Under the pieces are notes generated by a model that had not been told where the DNA came from, did no database searches, and saw only the letters and a program-made list of their open reading frames with translations. A stretch of 64,000 nucleotides of DNA from Schmidtea nova (lineage: Eukaryota): the NCBI GenBank assembly GCA_044892505.1, contig CM097882.1:433318001-433382000 (forward strand), read 5' to 3'. Position 1 is the first letter of the stretch. The number at the start of each line of letters is the position of its first letter. The position numbers and the translations under genes were made by a program. Below are positions 9,001-21,873 of this stretch, in pieces.

Positions 9001-12000
9001 ATGTCGTTGGAGCGGGCAATCTGTGCTAGGAACAGGCTTGGTTGCTGTCCTGCGTAATTTTGTGGTGCCAAAAGCTTTGTGAGAGCTTGGGTTTGTGATG
9101 AGGTGTATTTTGACACTATCAGGGATTTGAGATCATCATACGGGTTGTCTGCGTAAAGCGCGTTGGCTATTTTAGGGGCAAGTTCGGCTATCAATTCAGA
9201 TGGCAGGCTGTCGAGTAGGTAATCGGCACGTGATTTCGGAAAGGAAGACGTGCGCTTTCCGAAAATGCGGAACCACGACGAGGGTGTGCCGTCGGGATCC
9301 AAAAAGAACAAAATTGGGCGTGACGTGGATGAATAAGACGGTTCTATAGTGGTTCGGACGCCTCCTAAAACGCGGCAATGAATTTCTATTATAGCATTAG
9401 GTGGAATGTCGGTGAGTGATGAAACTGGGAAACCGTTGTACGTCATGTAAAATTCATTCCTATTAAGCAGATGAGAGGTGGCGATATCACTGCGCAAATC
9501 CGTGAAAATGGGGATTTGGCGTGTTTTGTGGTTGAAACGCGTTAGGACATATGTTGGGGGAGTGGCGAAAGAATCGTTGTTGTACATGGTGGATTGAGTG
9601 GGGTTGTGAGCGTGACTTGTATTGAATGTGTCAAAAAACTGGACAAAGTATTTGTGAATTTTGAGAAAGATAATAAAAATAACTTTAAAATTTAGTATGA
9701 ATAAAAATAATAAATATAAATATAATATATTATGTAATTTAATATTATAAATAATACATATAAAATACCGCTCGCCCGATAATCCCAAATAGCTGTTGCA
9801 ATTGTTTTGAGAAATAGACGCTTCCAGCTGCAACGCCGCTCCGTTAGTGGAACTGTGAAACACACAGGAATAGGAGCCGAGGTCGAGTGTACGCAACGGA
9901 CAAGAATAACTAGCAGTTTTGAATTGAGGATAAACTTTACATTGCATGGTAAATCTTTGACCAATGACATATTGTTCAGGTAATGAGACAATGTTGACTG
10001 AGTATTCAACTGATTGCCTGTTGTAATTGACACTTTCACGCTTTCCTGTTTCTACTGATTGACAGAATGTAGTTTCTGAGGCTGGTTGAAATGTCGAGGC
10101 TTCCAATTCCATTGTTGACCCGGTCTCAGTAGTTCCTTTGACAGCGCATTTATAAGAACCCGAATCATCTCGTCTAAATTGTTCAAAAGTGATGCTGGTG
10201 TTTGCGAATTTCGTAATGACGTTTGCAGCTACTTGTTTTGAGTCACTTTTAGATATTAGACCAAATATCGTTGAATTTGACGAAATTGAGCTCGGTACGA
10301 CAATATGCAACTTTATAGAAGAAATCTGTATGAACTTTAACGACATCGATGATGACGGTGTTGATATTGAAGAAAAAATTGCATCTGATTTCTTTTTTAC
10401 CAAAAACATAATCGGTGTTGATTCAGTTGATAAAGTATTCGATGTTTCCGTTGAAATCCTATTTTGATTGAATGGTGCAAGTGAATCGATTTTTGCGCTC
10501 GGTAATTGTCCAAATGTAAACCCGGTTGATGTTGATGTTGCTGAGTTTTGAGAAAATCCACTAGTAATAAAAACTATTCTATTTGCCTCGTATATTATAT
10601 CAGGGTTTCTGACACCATTTTTAGTTGCTGCTAAAATAATTAATAAGACAAAAAAAAATATATTCAATAAAACAAATTGTTCTTTCTTAGCTGCAGATAT
10701 ATCATCAGCTTTCACAGTTGAATTAATCTTCTTTTGCTTCATGAAATAGCTGTCTTTATTGCGCTCTGGAATATCAATGGTAGAAATATCTATCTTTGTG
10801 CTTGTAGCAATAACTGGGGTGATTGATTGTCTCATTCGCCTCTTGTGCTCACTGAATTCTTTCGTACGATTTGAGTTCTTTTTAATTGCAACATTCAATT
10901 GGTAACTTTGTGGTTTGCGTTGGGTTTTAATTTGTGCAGCTTCCATTTTTTGTAAATTTCTTCTTGCTTGTTGTTTTTTGAAAAAGGCATAAAATGCCAT
11001 TTTTTTGTGATTTAAACAAATTGATTTTTTTATATAAATAAATTGATAATTGATTTTAATATATAAATAATATGATATTTAATTAAATAATATAATAACA
11101 TATAAATAACGGAGGCACTACAGTATATATTAATTTTAGCGAAAGAAAACTCTAAACAAATAAATTCACCACAAATAATCATATTGTTATCATTTCAACA
11201 CATGACTGTAAGCAACAATTTTTAGTTTGCTTCTGCATTGGTTACAATGTATATTTCACTCATAAACCCAATTCCAACAATAATGACAGCAACTTCATTG
11301 ACTACCGGTGCATATAACACATGTACATGGCTTAGTACTTGTTGAAACAAACCAAATGTTGTCGTTTGGAATTGATTGACGCTCCATATAAGTTAGCTGA
11401 TCATTTTCAATATCTTATGATAAACTCAATATTACTCAAAACGTTTGTTTACTTCTATAATTCCTTCCCCAACTCATTGCTTTATCTTTTTTGATACAAT
11501 CGAATACAGAGTAAGCTTTTTCAAATCAAATGTCTAAATTGGCCTTTTATTTTTAACCATAATTCGTCTAAAGCAGGGGTGTCTAACCTTTCAGCTTTAC
11601 TGGGCCACAGTGGAATAAGACGAATTATATTTGGCACACAGAATATATTAACCCTAAAGATAGCTGATGAACAAAAAACTTGGTTAACAATTTTAATTAA
11701 TTTAAACTTCATTAATTCATGAATTTTTTATTATAAAATTAAGAAATAGCTACATGAAATAGTTTTATAAAAATTAATTGAGAAAGACCCGCAGGTTGGA
11801 CACGCCTGGTTTAAAGCACAATGCATATATTTTCTCCTATTACGCCATTTAAAATTGCGTTCAACTCTTTTAACTCGATTTCCAGCCGGGAAATTGTTAT
11901 AGCTTCTACAAAGTATGTCTATAATTGACATATCTGAACCATACAAATTTTAACTGTCAGTATTCCTTGAAAACATAAATTAATACAATGTTTCCTTAGT

Positions 12001-15000
12001 AAAGTTTTTATTATCAAATTCTATACAAAAGTTTGGCACACTATCAAATATTTGATTCAAACGAATTAAAGAATCTAAAATTAATTCTTCAATCACCGAA
12101 ATTAGTATTTTACTGTCTTAATTCTCATTTAGATTAACCTATAGAAGTGTTATAGCAGTTGACAGATTTACACGATGTGGATTATTAATGAATATAACAG
12201 TTTTGTTTTTAATTTTTATTTTGTTAGAATCTGTGGTTTTAGCTCTTAGAGCGAAACGAGCTGCTTAGTTGAATCATAAGATCTCATTCTTTGTGGATAA
12301 AGAATCTCATTTTTTAAAGTAGACACTTCATGTATATATTTCACTTCCAGGTAAACAATTATACCGGCTTTCTTTAAAATTTTAACTGCTCCATTGAGAG
12401 TGAGATCTTGCAAATTTTCCCCATTTAGAGAAAAATGGCATCACCGAAAAATAATTTGTAAATTTTATCAGTATGACTTTTTAAAAACTTTTTCTGATTA
12501 AAACATAATTTATCTTCCTTGCCAGCTTCGATATTGCTTCCAAGGCAATTTGATTTTTCTTTTGTTATTCGAATTATTTGCCTTTATTCACTTATATCTC
12601 CTGCTACTGATTTATTTTCATTTATTTCACATTAAGTTAATTTATTCTTTATATTTGTCTTTGAATTTTTTAGTTTATCAACTTTTTTATTTTCATTTAA
12701 AATATAATTTTACAACTTTAATTTTATAATCTAAATAAAACTTAATTAATATGAATTCCTTTAAAAATTCCTCTTTGAAAACAACATAACTGTAATTGAA
12801 GTGATAAAACAAGAAGAGAAAAAGTGAAATAAAAAAACTAAATATTAAAAAAAAAATTAATTATCATTATTTCAGGATTAAGCGCCTAAAATTATAAAGT
12901 TTTTAAATAATTTTTATTAACTTTTAGATCAGTGAAAAAGAAGACGAAATTCTATCGGCTAAAACTGAAATAGAGAAACTCAACTTTATGAATATAAATG
13001 AAAAGGAAACGAGCACGCGTCTGATCCTAGAAAATGAACAATTAATGCGAGAAATAAACGGATTGAAAATGAAATCAAACGAAATGTCAGAAGAATTAGA
13101 TGACAAAAAGAATTCAATGGAAGAACTTACGGATAAAGAGCAAAGATTACAGAATCACAATCAGTATCTGGAGAGTGAATTATCCCAAGTGAAGTTGGCT
13201 CTTGATGATTCCATTCAAGAACTCGAACAATTGAAATATTCATGGAATCACCGAGAGGATGCAATTGAATCTTTGAAACACGAAGCTAAAAAGAACCAGG
13301 AAAATAATTTAGATTTGATACAAAAAGTAGTTTTAACTTTTAATATTTTATTATTTTACCTGATTTCTGTATTTTAATTTGATTTACATATTATAAAACT
13401 GTGACAACCCAGGGACTTTATTGACATTCACTTTGAACAAACAGAAGTCACCTAGCATTCTCTATACGACGCAACCTTTAAAACGACATTCTATGGTGGA
13501 AATTGGTTGATCTAAACGTGTTCTTTTATATCCTTAAAAGTATATTAAATTTCTACAAGGATGCCTTTTTGGCCGAGGATTGATGTTTGCCTAATGAACA
13601 GAAAACGTGGTATATACACGTTTTTCACACAAAATATAGTTCATCTTTAATATATGTGGCCGATTTCCTAACAGGAAAACCTCCCAGGAGATCTCTGCAA
13701 CACAGTATTGAACACAACCCTAACCACTCCAAATTGAAATGTAACTGATGTTGTAGTTGCTCACAGTTATTCTTTTATTGAATTTTTTTTCGGTTTTGAT
13801 TGTGCTTATCTATCGAAAAAATTACAAATTACAAATAAGGTAATTAAAATTCATAATTTGTTTTAGTAGTTTATTAAATCGACATTGTTCTTATTTCCTA
13901 CACGATTATGGCAAATTATTTTTTTAATGTCATTAACATTCTCAATTTTAGTCACTTTTGATCTTTTTTTTCACTTTTAAGACAATAAAAAGAAAAAACA
14001 TGAATTTTCGGCAGTCTTTTTTAAATGATAAAATTTTTAGAAAATAAACACTAGATAAAGGCCGTGCCGAAAATTCATGTTCCAATAAAAAATATTAGAT
14101 CTATTCGTAAATTTCTAATAATTTCCAATCCATAAGCAATAATTAAACAATCTTTATTTATCACCTGTCAACTCCAATTTTTCCTCATTCAAACAAACTG
14201 TAATAAAAACTATTATTATTTTTGATAAATTTCCATACTATAGTCTAAAAAAATGAAAATAACTGAAAATATTTTTTAATAAATAAATTAATTTATATAA
14301 ATTTTTATTTAGTTTTTGTTTAAATAGCTTACCCTTTCCCATTTTATGTAAGTTACTTGGGAGCTGGGACAAGCCAAAGTATTCAATATTTAAAAACCCC
14401 CCAATTAAAAAATTTCCTCTTATTTTTTTGCGTACAATTTTGTTGTCAGTTTCACGGAGCAGCTCTTACAAGATTTACAAATTGAGTTTATTGCAGATTG
14501 AGCAGCGCGACCAATTACTGCAGAAGCTGTCGTCAGAAACGACAAAATTGAAACAGAAATACCAGGAGAAAACCACAGAGGTAAGTTCACCGATATTTTT
14601 TAGATAAAAAATAAATCTCAATTAGAATTTCAAGCTCAATAAAGAAAACGAATCGCTGAAGTCAAATGTTAGAGAATCTGAAAAGTCATTGAAAGATTTA
14701 CAGCAAAAATATGACAGCACGGTAAATATATCTTGTCATTTATCTCAATATATTGTATGATTACCCTGAAACCCTAGACTAGGAAAAAAGATGTGGCTAT
14801 TGAACAATTAAAAGCCCAATCATCCGATATACAAAGTCAATATAAGCAGTGCTATGAAACGGTAGCTAACCCATTATTTATAAATTGTTTGAACTTTGTC
14901 TATAATCCAGTTACTGAAGAAGGAAGAATATCTAAATAGAATCCAATTATTAGAGAAAGACCAATCAACCAAAGCCAGCCAAGCTCAAAAAGAAATAAGT

Positions 15001-18000
15001 CGAATTCAAGCGGACTATGATGAAATGGAAGCAGAAGTTAACACTTTTAGAGCGAAACACCGAGCTTGCCAAGAAGAATTAAGTCAAAGAGATTTGCAGA
15101 TCAACGACATGAGAAATGAAATTCAAGCTCAACAACAGGATTTAATGGAGTTACAATCGGAAAGAATGATATGTCAAAATGAAATCGACAGATGGAAAGA
15201 GAAGTTTTCTGAAATTCAAGTAATAATTTTATTGACAATTAAAAGATTTAACCTCACTTTTTTAATCTCACGAGTTGATAAATAAGAAATTGTGAGCAAA
15301 GAAACAAAGACCCACACAGTCCTTTAAAAGGTTTTGTCCAGAATATTTTTCAAAAGACTAGAAATATTTTAACATTAAAACAAAATTTTGGGGTCAAATA
15401 TATAAAGTTACACATAAAAATTTTCAATAAAAATTATAAATATTTATATCTTTTTCAAAAGACGTAAATAATTTTACCAATTTGCCAAAATATTTTTTAA
15501 AACAAACCAAACATAATATTTTGAAAATTGAAAATTCAAAAAAAATTCCAAAAACATTTAGTGCTAAAAAGACTAAAATATTTTACAACATATTACTAAA
15601 AAATTTGTGCAAAACCATTTTCTCACACTAAGGGATATTTGTTCCAGCAAGTCCGCTTCCTCTTACTTAGAGAGTCTTTTAAATAAAATTTTTCATTTTG
15701 TTATAATTTGAAAAGTGTTGAATTCTCCTAGATCTTATAAGTCAAATAAATTAGTAAAAATAGGAAATGCATTGTATATTATTTATATCATAATTTCATC
15801 TGATTACTATGAAGTTTAAAAATGCCTTTAATAGAACTTTTTGATCTTAAATGGATATAGCTCAAAGCGACAAACCTAAAAAAGCATATATTCTCCTAAG
15901 GTTTCGTGGAATTTTAAAAATCCTTTTCGGTACTCAGTAGTGGAATCACCGCGTTAAAGGATCATGGGACTGTGTTACATAGGCAAAACGTTTAAATTAA
16001 ATTATTGTCATACAACTCGGGTCCATTTATTTCCTGAACGCCTACGCATTTACTAATTGTAAACTCACAGAGTGAAATAATATAAATCTTTATCGCCAAT
16101 AATATTACACTACTGTCGACAATGAATTTAGGTTTTGTTATCATTCTCTTCAATAATTTTTAATATTCGCTGCTATGGCAACGTAATGATCTGCCAGTTT
16201 CTATATACTATGCCACATGACATGAGCATTCAAATATTTACGAAAATATTTGTCTAACCCCCGCACTTCGACGAATCGGTTTGTTTAATGCGCCTTATTA
16301 TTTCATTAAATATAAAAAATTTTGAATTATCATAGTTCATATTAGATACAGCTCAATTTACAGAAAAATGAAATGGAGAACCTAGAAGATAAAATCAGCC
16401 AGAAGGACCACCTGAATGATGAATTGCAAGGCAAATTACAGATTGCAAATCAGGTATCACTCTCTGTGAATTTTATTTTAATATTTTTAGAATTTTCCAG
16501 AATTTCCTTATCTTTTTATTTAGCTAAAAAAAGTAACTAAAAATAACTAAATATATAAATTATATAAATTATTAAATAAATATAATACAATCATAATTAT
16601 CTTTTTTCACCTTTGATCTTTTTTTATTATTATTATCAATAATTCTCATAATGACTATAGATCAAAATTTTTTTTATAAACAATAACGCAATATTTCGGC
16701 ACACTTGATAAAGGCTGTGCCGAAATATTGTGTTATTGTTTATAAAAAATTTTTTGATCTATAGTCATCCATTATGGGAATTATTGATAATAATAATAAA
16801 TATAATACATATATATAAATAAAACAATAAAATAAAATAAAATATATAAATATATAAATTATTAAATGAAAATGATAATTTTTCAAATAAATAAAAGAGG
16901 ACCGTTTTCCAAAATATATAATCTTGCAATATATTCTACAACTCAGCTGTCATCATTTGATACTAAACAAATTCAACAAAATTTATCATATTTATATGTC
17001 CATTAATAAGAACGTGATCATTACGCACTAAAATGCGAAGTCCAATAAAAAATTATTAATCCTAGTAAAATTAATTAAAAACTCTCCGAATTAAAAAAAA
17101 TCTTTCTCAACTGGAGTGCAGCGGCCATCCTCCAAGGGTTCCGTGAGATTCTTTAGAAATTTGTATAAAATATCTGAAAAAAAATTGTTTTTGTTAATTC
17201 GATGGTGACACAAAAAAATTAATTTGAATTTAAAATTGATATTTTTGATTAAAATCTTTTAATAAATTTTTTAAATTAAATCTTTAATTTTTTAATTAAT
17301 CATTAATTAATTATTAATGTGTGGCATCATTTTGATTGTAATTAAAAATTATAATTTACGATCCAGTTATAATTTATATGCGAATGGATAATCTTCTAGA
17401 AAAAAACCGACAACAAAACAAAAAAACAAATCTGAATCAAAGACTGAAAAACATAAAGAAAATGTGAAAACACACAATAAAAGCAGCAAAAATAGGCAAT
17501 AGAGTGAATCCTAGTTGTCGTTTGGTTTTAATTGGATAGATGGAAGTGTTGAACCGTTGCCATTATGCATAGTTTGTGGTGAAAAGTTATCAAACAGTGC
17601 TATGGCGCTGGCCAAATTAAAAAGTCACATAACATAACATAAAAAATTGGCCAGAAAAGACATTGAATTCTTCAAACGACTTTTAAAAAATAAAGATAAA
17701 ACAATCAACAAAATTTTAAGGAAATGTCAAAATTAGTAAGAAAACTCAAGAAGCCAGTTTCCTTGTTGCTGAGTTGATTGCCAAAGAAATAGAAGCTCAC
17801 ACAATTGCAGAATCATTAATTTTGCCAGCCTCAGAGCTATTGTGAAAACAATTCTAGGAGAAGATGCTGAAAGAGAAGTCAATAAAGTTCCACTGTCAAA
17901 TTGCACTATCAACAATGATTAAATAAATGTCAGATGAGATTGAAGCAAATGTAACTGACAGGCTGAAAAATACTAATTTTTCTCTTCAAGTTGATGAATC

Positions 18001-21000
18001 AACAGATATTTGTGGTAAGGCACAGCTTTTACTCGTTTTATTAGTGATGGCAAAATAGTGGAGAATTTCTTTTGTTGCAAAGAACTGACAGAAAAAACAA
18101 AAGGAAAAGATGTTTGCACCACAATCAGCTCTTATCTAGATTCTCAAACACTTTCATGGCAGTCTTGTGTTGGGATCTGTACTGATGGGACACCATCAAT
18201 GAGTGGCTGTTTGAAAGGTTTTTTTGCACTTGCTAAACAAGTAAATCCAAACATCGAGAGCACACATTACTTTCTCCACCGAGAAGCTTTAATTGCAAAA
18301 GGTATTGGACCAAAATTAAAACTTGTTTTGGAAACGGTTTTCAAAATTTTCAATTTTATCAAACAAAGACCAATAAAAACAAAGGTTTTGCAAAACTTTT
18401 TGAGAGTAGGGAGTCAGCTCATGTTAATCTCCGTCTTCACACTGAAGCTTGTTGGCTCTCAAGAGGAAAAGTTCTATCGAGATTTAATGAACTTAGAGAA
18501 GAAATTTTAATTTTTTTCACTCTCGAAAAAATGGCCGAATCGACTGAGTTTCTGAAAAATTCTTTGTGGTGCTCAAATCTGGCTTACTTGGCTGATAATT
18601 TTCGGAAGCTAAATATTGTCAACACTGGCATGCAAGGTCCAAATGAAAATATACTCACATCAACTGACAACATTTTTACCCTTGTTAAGAAAATCCAGAT
18701 TTAGAAAACAAGAGCCTCAAACGGAAACCTGAACATGTTTCCTCTGATCTCTAAAACAAATTATGAAGATATTCTACCTCTTATTTCGATTCATTTGGAT
18801 TCTTTATAAAACCAAGCAAAGCACTATTTTCCAACTTTGAAAATCGAAAATTATGACTGGTCAGAAATCCATTTGCTGAGTTTCAACCATCATAAAACCA
18901 GTTTACAATTCAAGGAGCAGAGCTAAGTGATATTTATAGTGATGGAATAATCCAGTTGCAATATTCTCAGATAGATCTGGATCATTTTTGGATTGGAATT
19001 CAAAATAAACATTCAAACATTACAAGGAAGACATTAAATATATTGCTACAATTCTCAACAACGTAGACCTTTGTGAGTTTGGATTTTCAGCTATGACAAA
19101 TATTAAAAACACTTAAAGAAAAAGGCTTTTGTCAGTTGAAGAAGAATTACGACTATGCCTTTTAACTATTCGGCCAAGAATCAAACAAATATGCCAGAAA
19201 CAACAAGCTCAGATCTCACATTGAAAAAATAGTGTCATATTTATTTTTTAATAAAAAAATTGTTATGATATCATTGTTAAATCACAAAAAATCCCCAGGT
19301 TAGTGACGGCCCCAATTACTAGAGTCACTAACCTGGGGATTTTTTGTGATTTAACTAATAAATTAGTGCAAGNNNNNNNNNNNNNNNNNNNNNNNNNNNN
19401 NNNNNNNNNNNNNNNNNNNNNNNNNNNNNNNNNNNNNNNNNNNNNNNNNNNNNNNNNNNNNNNNNNNNNNNNNNNNNNNNNNNNNNNNNNNNNNNNNNNN
19501 NNNNNNNNNNNNNNNNNNNNNNNNNNNNNNNNNNNNNNNNNNNNNNNNNNNNNNNNNNNNNNNNNNNNNNNNNNNNNNNNNNNNNNNNNNNNNNNNNNNN
19601 NNNNNNNNNNNNNNNNNNNNNNNNNNNNNNNNNNNNNNNNNNNNNNNNNNNNNNNNNNNNNNNNNNNNNNNNNNNNNNNNNNNNNNNNNNNNNNNNNNNN
19701 NNNNNNNNNNNNNNNNNNNNNNNNNNNNNNNNNNNNNNNNNNNNNNNNNNNNNNNNNNNNNNNNNNNNNNNNNNNNNNNNNNNNNNNNNNNNNNNNNNNN
19801 NNNNNNNNNNNNNNNNNNNNNNNNNNNNNNNNNNNNNNNNNNNNNNNNNNNNNNNNNNNNNNNNNNNNNNNNNNNNNNNNNNNNNNNNNNNAGAACTTGA
19901 TATTTTCACCAATGATCATTTTTCTTTCGTGTCTATGATAGAAATTCATAAATAATCAGAAAACAATTTATAAAATAATTATAAATTCTGATTAATAGAA
20001 AATAGAAAATCACGAACAAACGATGGGTCAGCTGAAAGTTGACATCAATCTGGCTAGGTCTACGAACAGCGAACGGAATAACCATTTTCAGACAATTATT
20101 GGATCTCAGAAAAATGAAATAGAAAATATCAAACAAGAAAAACAGTTGGTTGAGGTAACAAAAAGTATAATAATTATGCTCACTAAGTTTAATTTCAGGA
20201 GAAATGTTCCAAATATAAATCTCAAATGGCAAAATGTAAATCAGAACAAGAAAGCTCCTTGCAAACAGTTGCATCTTTAAGAAATGAATTTGACATGGTA
20301 AACGAAAAATTAAGGATTAAAGAATCTGAATGTCAACATTGGATGCAACAAACCCAGAGTGCTCAATATTTAAATGAAGAAGTCAAATTATCGCTTGACA
20401 GCTTGGAGAAAGAGGTAAGAAAAACTTATTTTAAAAAAGGTTCTAACATTCTTATTAAGATAACCTTCGCAAAGCAGCAGATAATTACAAAAGATGCCAA
20501 GTTACAAGCGAGTTCCGAAACGATTTTGAAATTGAAAGAAGAGCGAAACCAAGTTTATAAAAATCTAATGGACGGCAAAAGTTTAATGGAGTCCGTTAAT
20601 AAAGACCGCGATGACATTGGGAGATTATATGAAGAAAATACCATAAAAGTATTAGCTTAATATGTCTTTTGAAATCGAGTTTATCTGCGATTAAATGCTA
20701 GATGAAAAAGTACGAACAGTGTATCAAAGATCTCAATGAAGAATTGTCGACAGCACAAGTAGAGATTTCTAGCTACATTAACCGAATGTCAAAACTCGAA
20801 TCAGACATAAACCATTTGACAATGGAAAGCAATCATCGACAGTCCATCATTGAGGAATTCGAGTCCAAAGTAGCCAAATTGAAGTCCAACCACAACAGTT
20901 ACAAACAACAGTTTAAAACCAGTGAGACTGAGGTGGAAAATCTCAATACTCTGCTTTTGCAGCACGCGAAAAAATGTGCCGAACTTGAAAGCAAATTATC

Positions 21001-21813
21001 TATATTGACAAACGAACGCGAAAAATTTGCCAATGAAAATAATGTGAGTCAAGGAAAGATTGAGAGTCTGGTACATGAGGTTGACTGTAGAAATAAAGAA
21101 CTAGAAAGATTTCGCTTGGAAAGAGACTCACAACTGAAACAATTGAATGAAAAGCAAACAAAATATCAACATGAATTGAAAAAACTGAAATTATATGCAA
21201 GACAAGCGGAGGAAGACATTTCATTATCACACAAAACAATTGATGACATACAAAATCAGTTGGACTTAAAGCAGAAAGAATGCGATGTCATTTCAAGGAG
21301 ATCTGAATCAGCAGAAGATAATCTTGAAAGGCGGAACAGAGAGGTAAAATATTAATAATAAATTTGTAAAGTAATCATGGACAGTCGCAGCAAAGGTTAA
21401 AGGGTCAGGTGATCCTCTCTGAAATTTTAGATTTCTAACAAGTATTGAGAACCAATGCCAAATCAAAACAGCTAAAAGTGAATTTAATAATTAATTAGGA
21501 CTCGAGAGACTATCAGTAGGGAAAAGTAAATGTAGGGCAACATATCCCACAGTTTTGTATTTCCCGTTAGCAACTGTGCAGCTTAACTTATCTGTTTTAG
21601 TTTTAAGGGTCCTAGCGTTGCCGATGTTTTTCTTTTGAAATTTATTTAAACTAGAACGCAGTCGAGATGATCATGGTTCTACTTCTACATATTTCATGAG
21701 TATCCCAAATTACGTAACGTCACACGTAGATTGATCATAACAAAGTGTTCATGGCCTAAGTGTAAAGAGACATAAATCTGAAAGTATACACACCAAAGAC
21801 AGTTTTTTGTGGA

Positions 21814-21873
<60 letters not shown>

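Larger units (their letters stand above)
7184..11122 (-). mobile_element. Complete non-autonomous Ty3/Gypsy LTR retrotransposon (CsRn1/Kabuki-like Gag; gag-pro only, no RT/RNaseH/IN)
   Basis: Paired LTRs 10620-11122 and 7184-7681; perfect 5-bp TSD GTATA (7179-7183, 11123-11127); PBS, PPT, Gag capsid motifs, CHCC knuckles, -1 frameshift site and protease. Confidence 0.93.
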
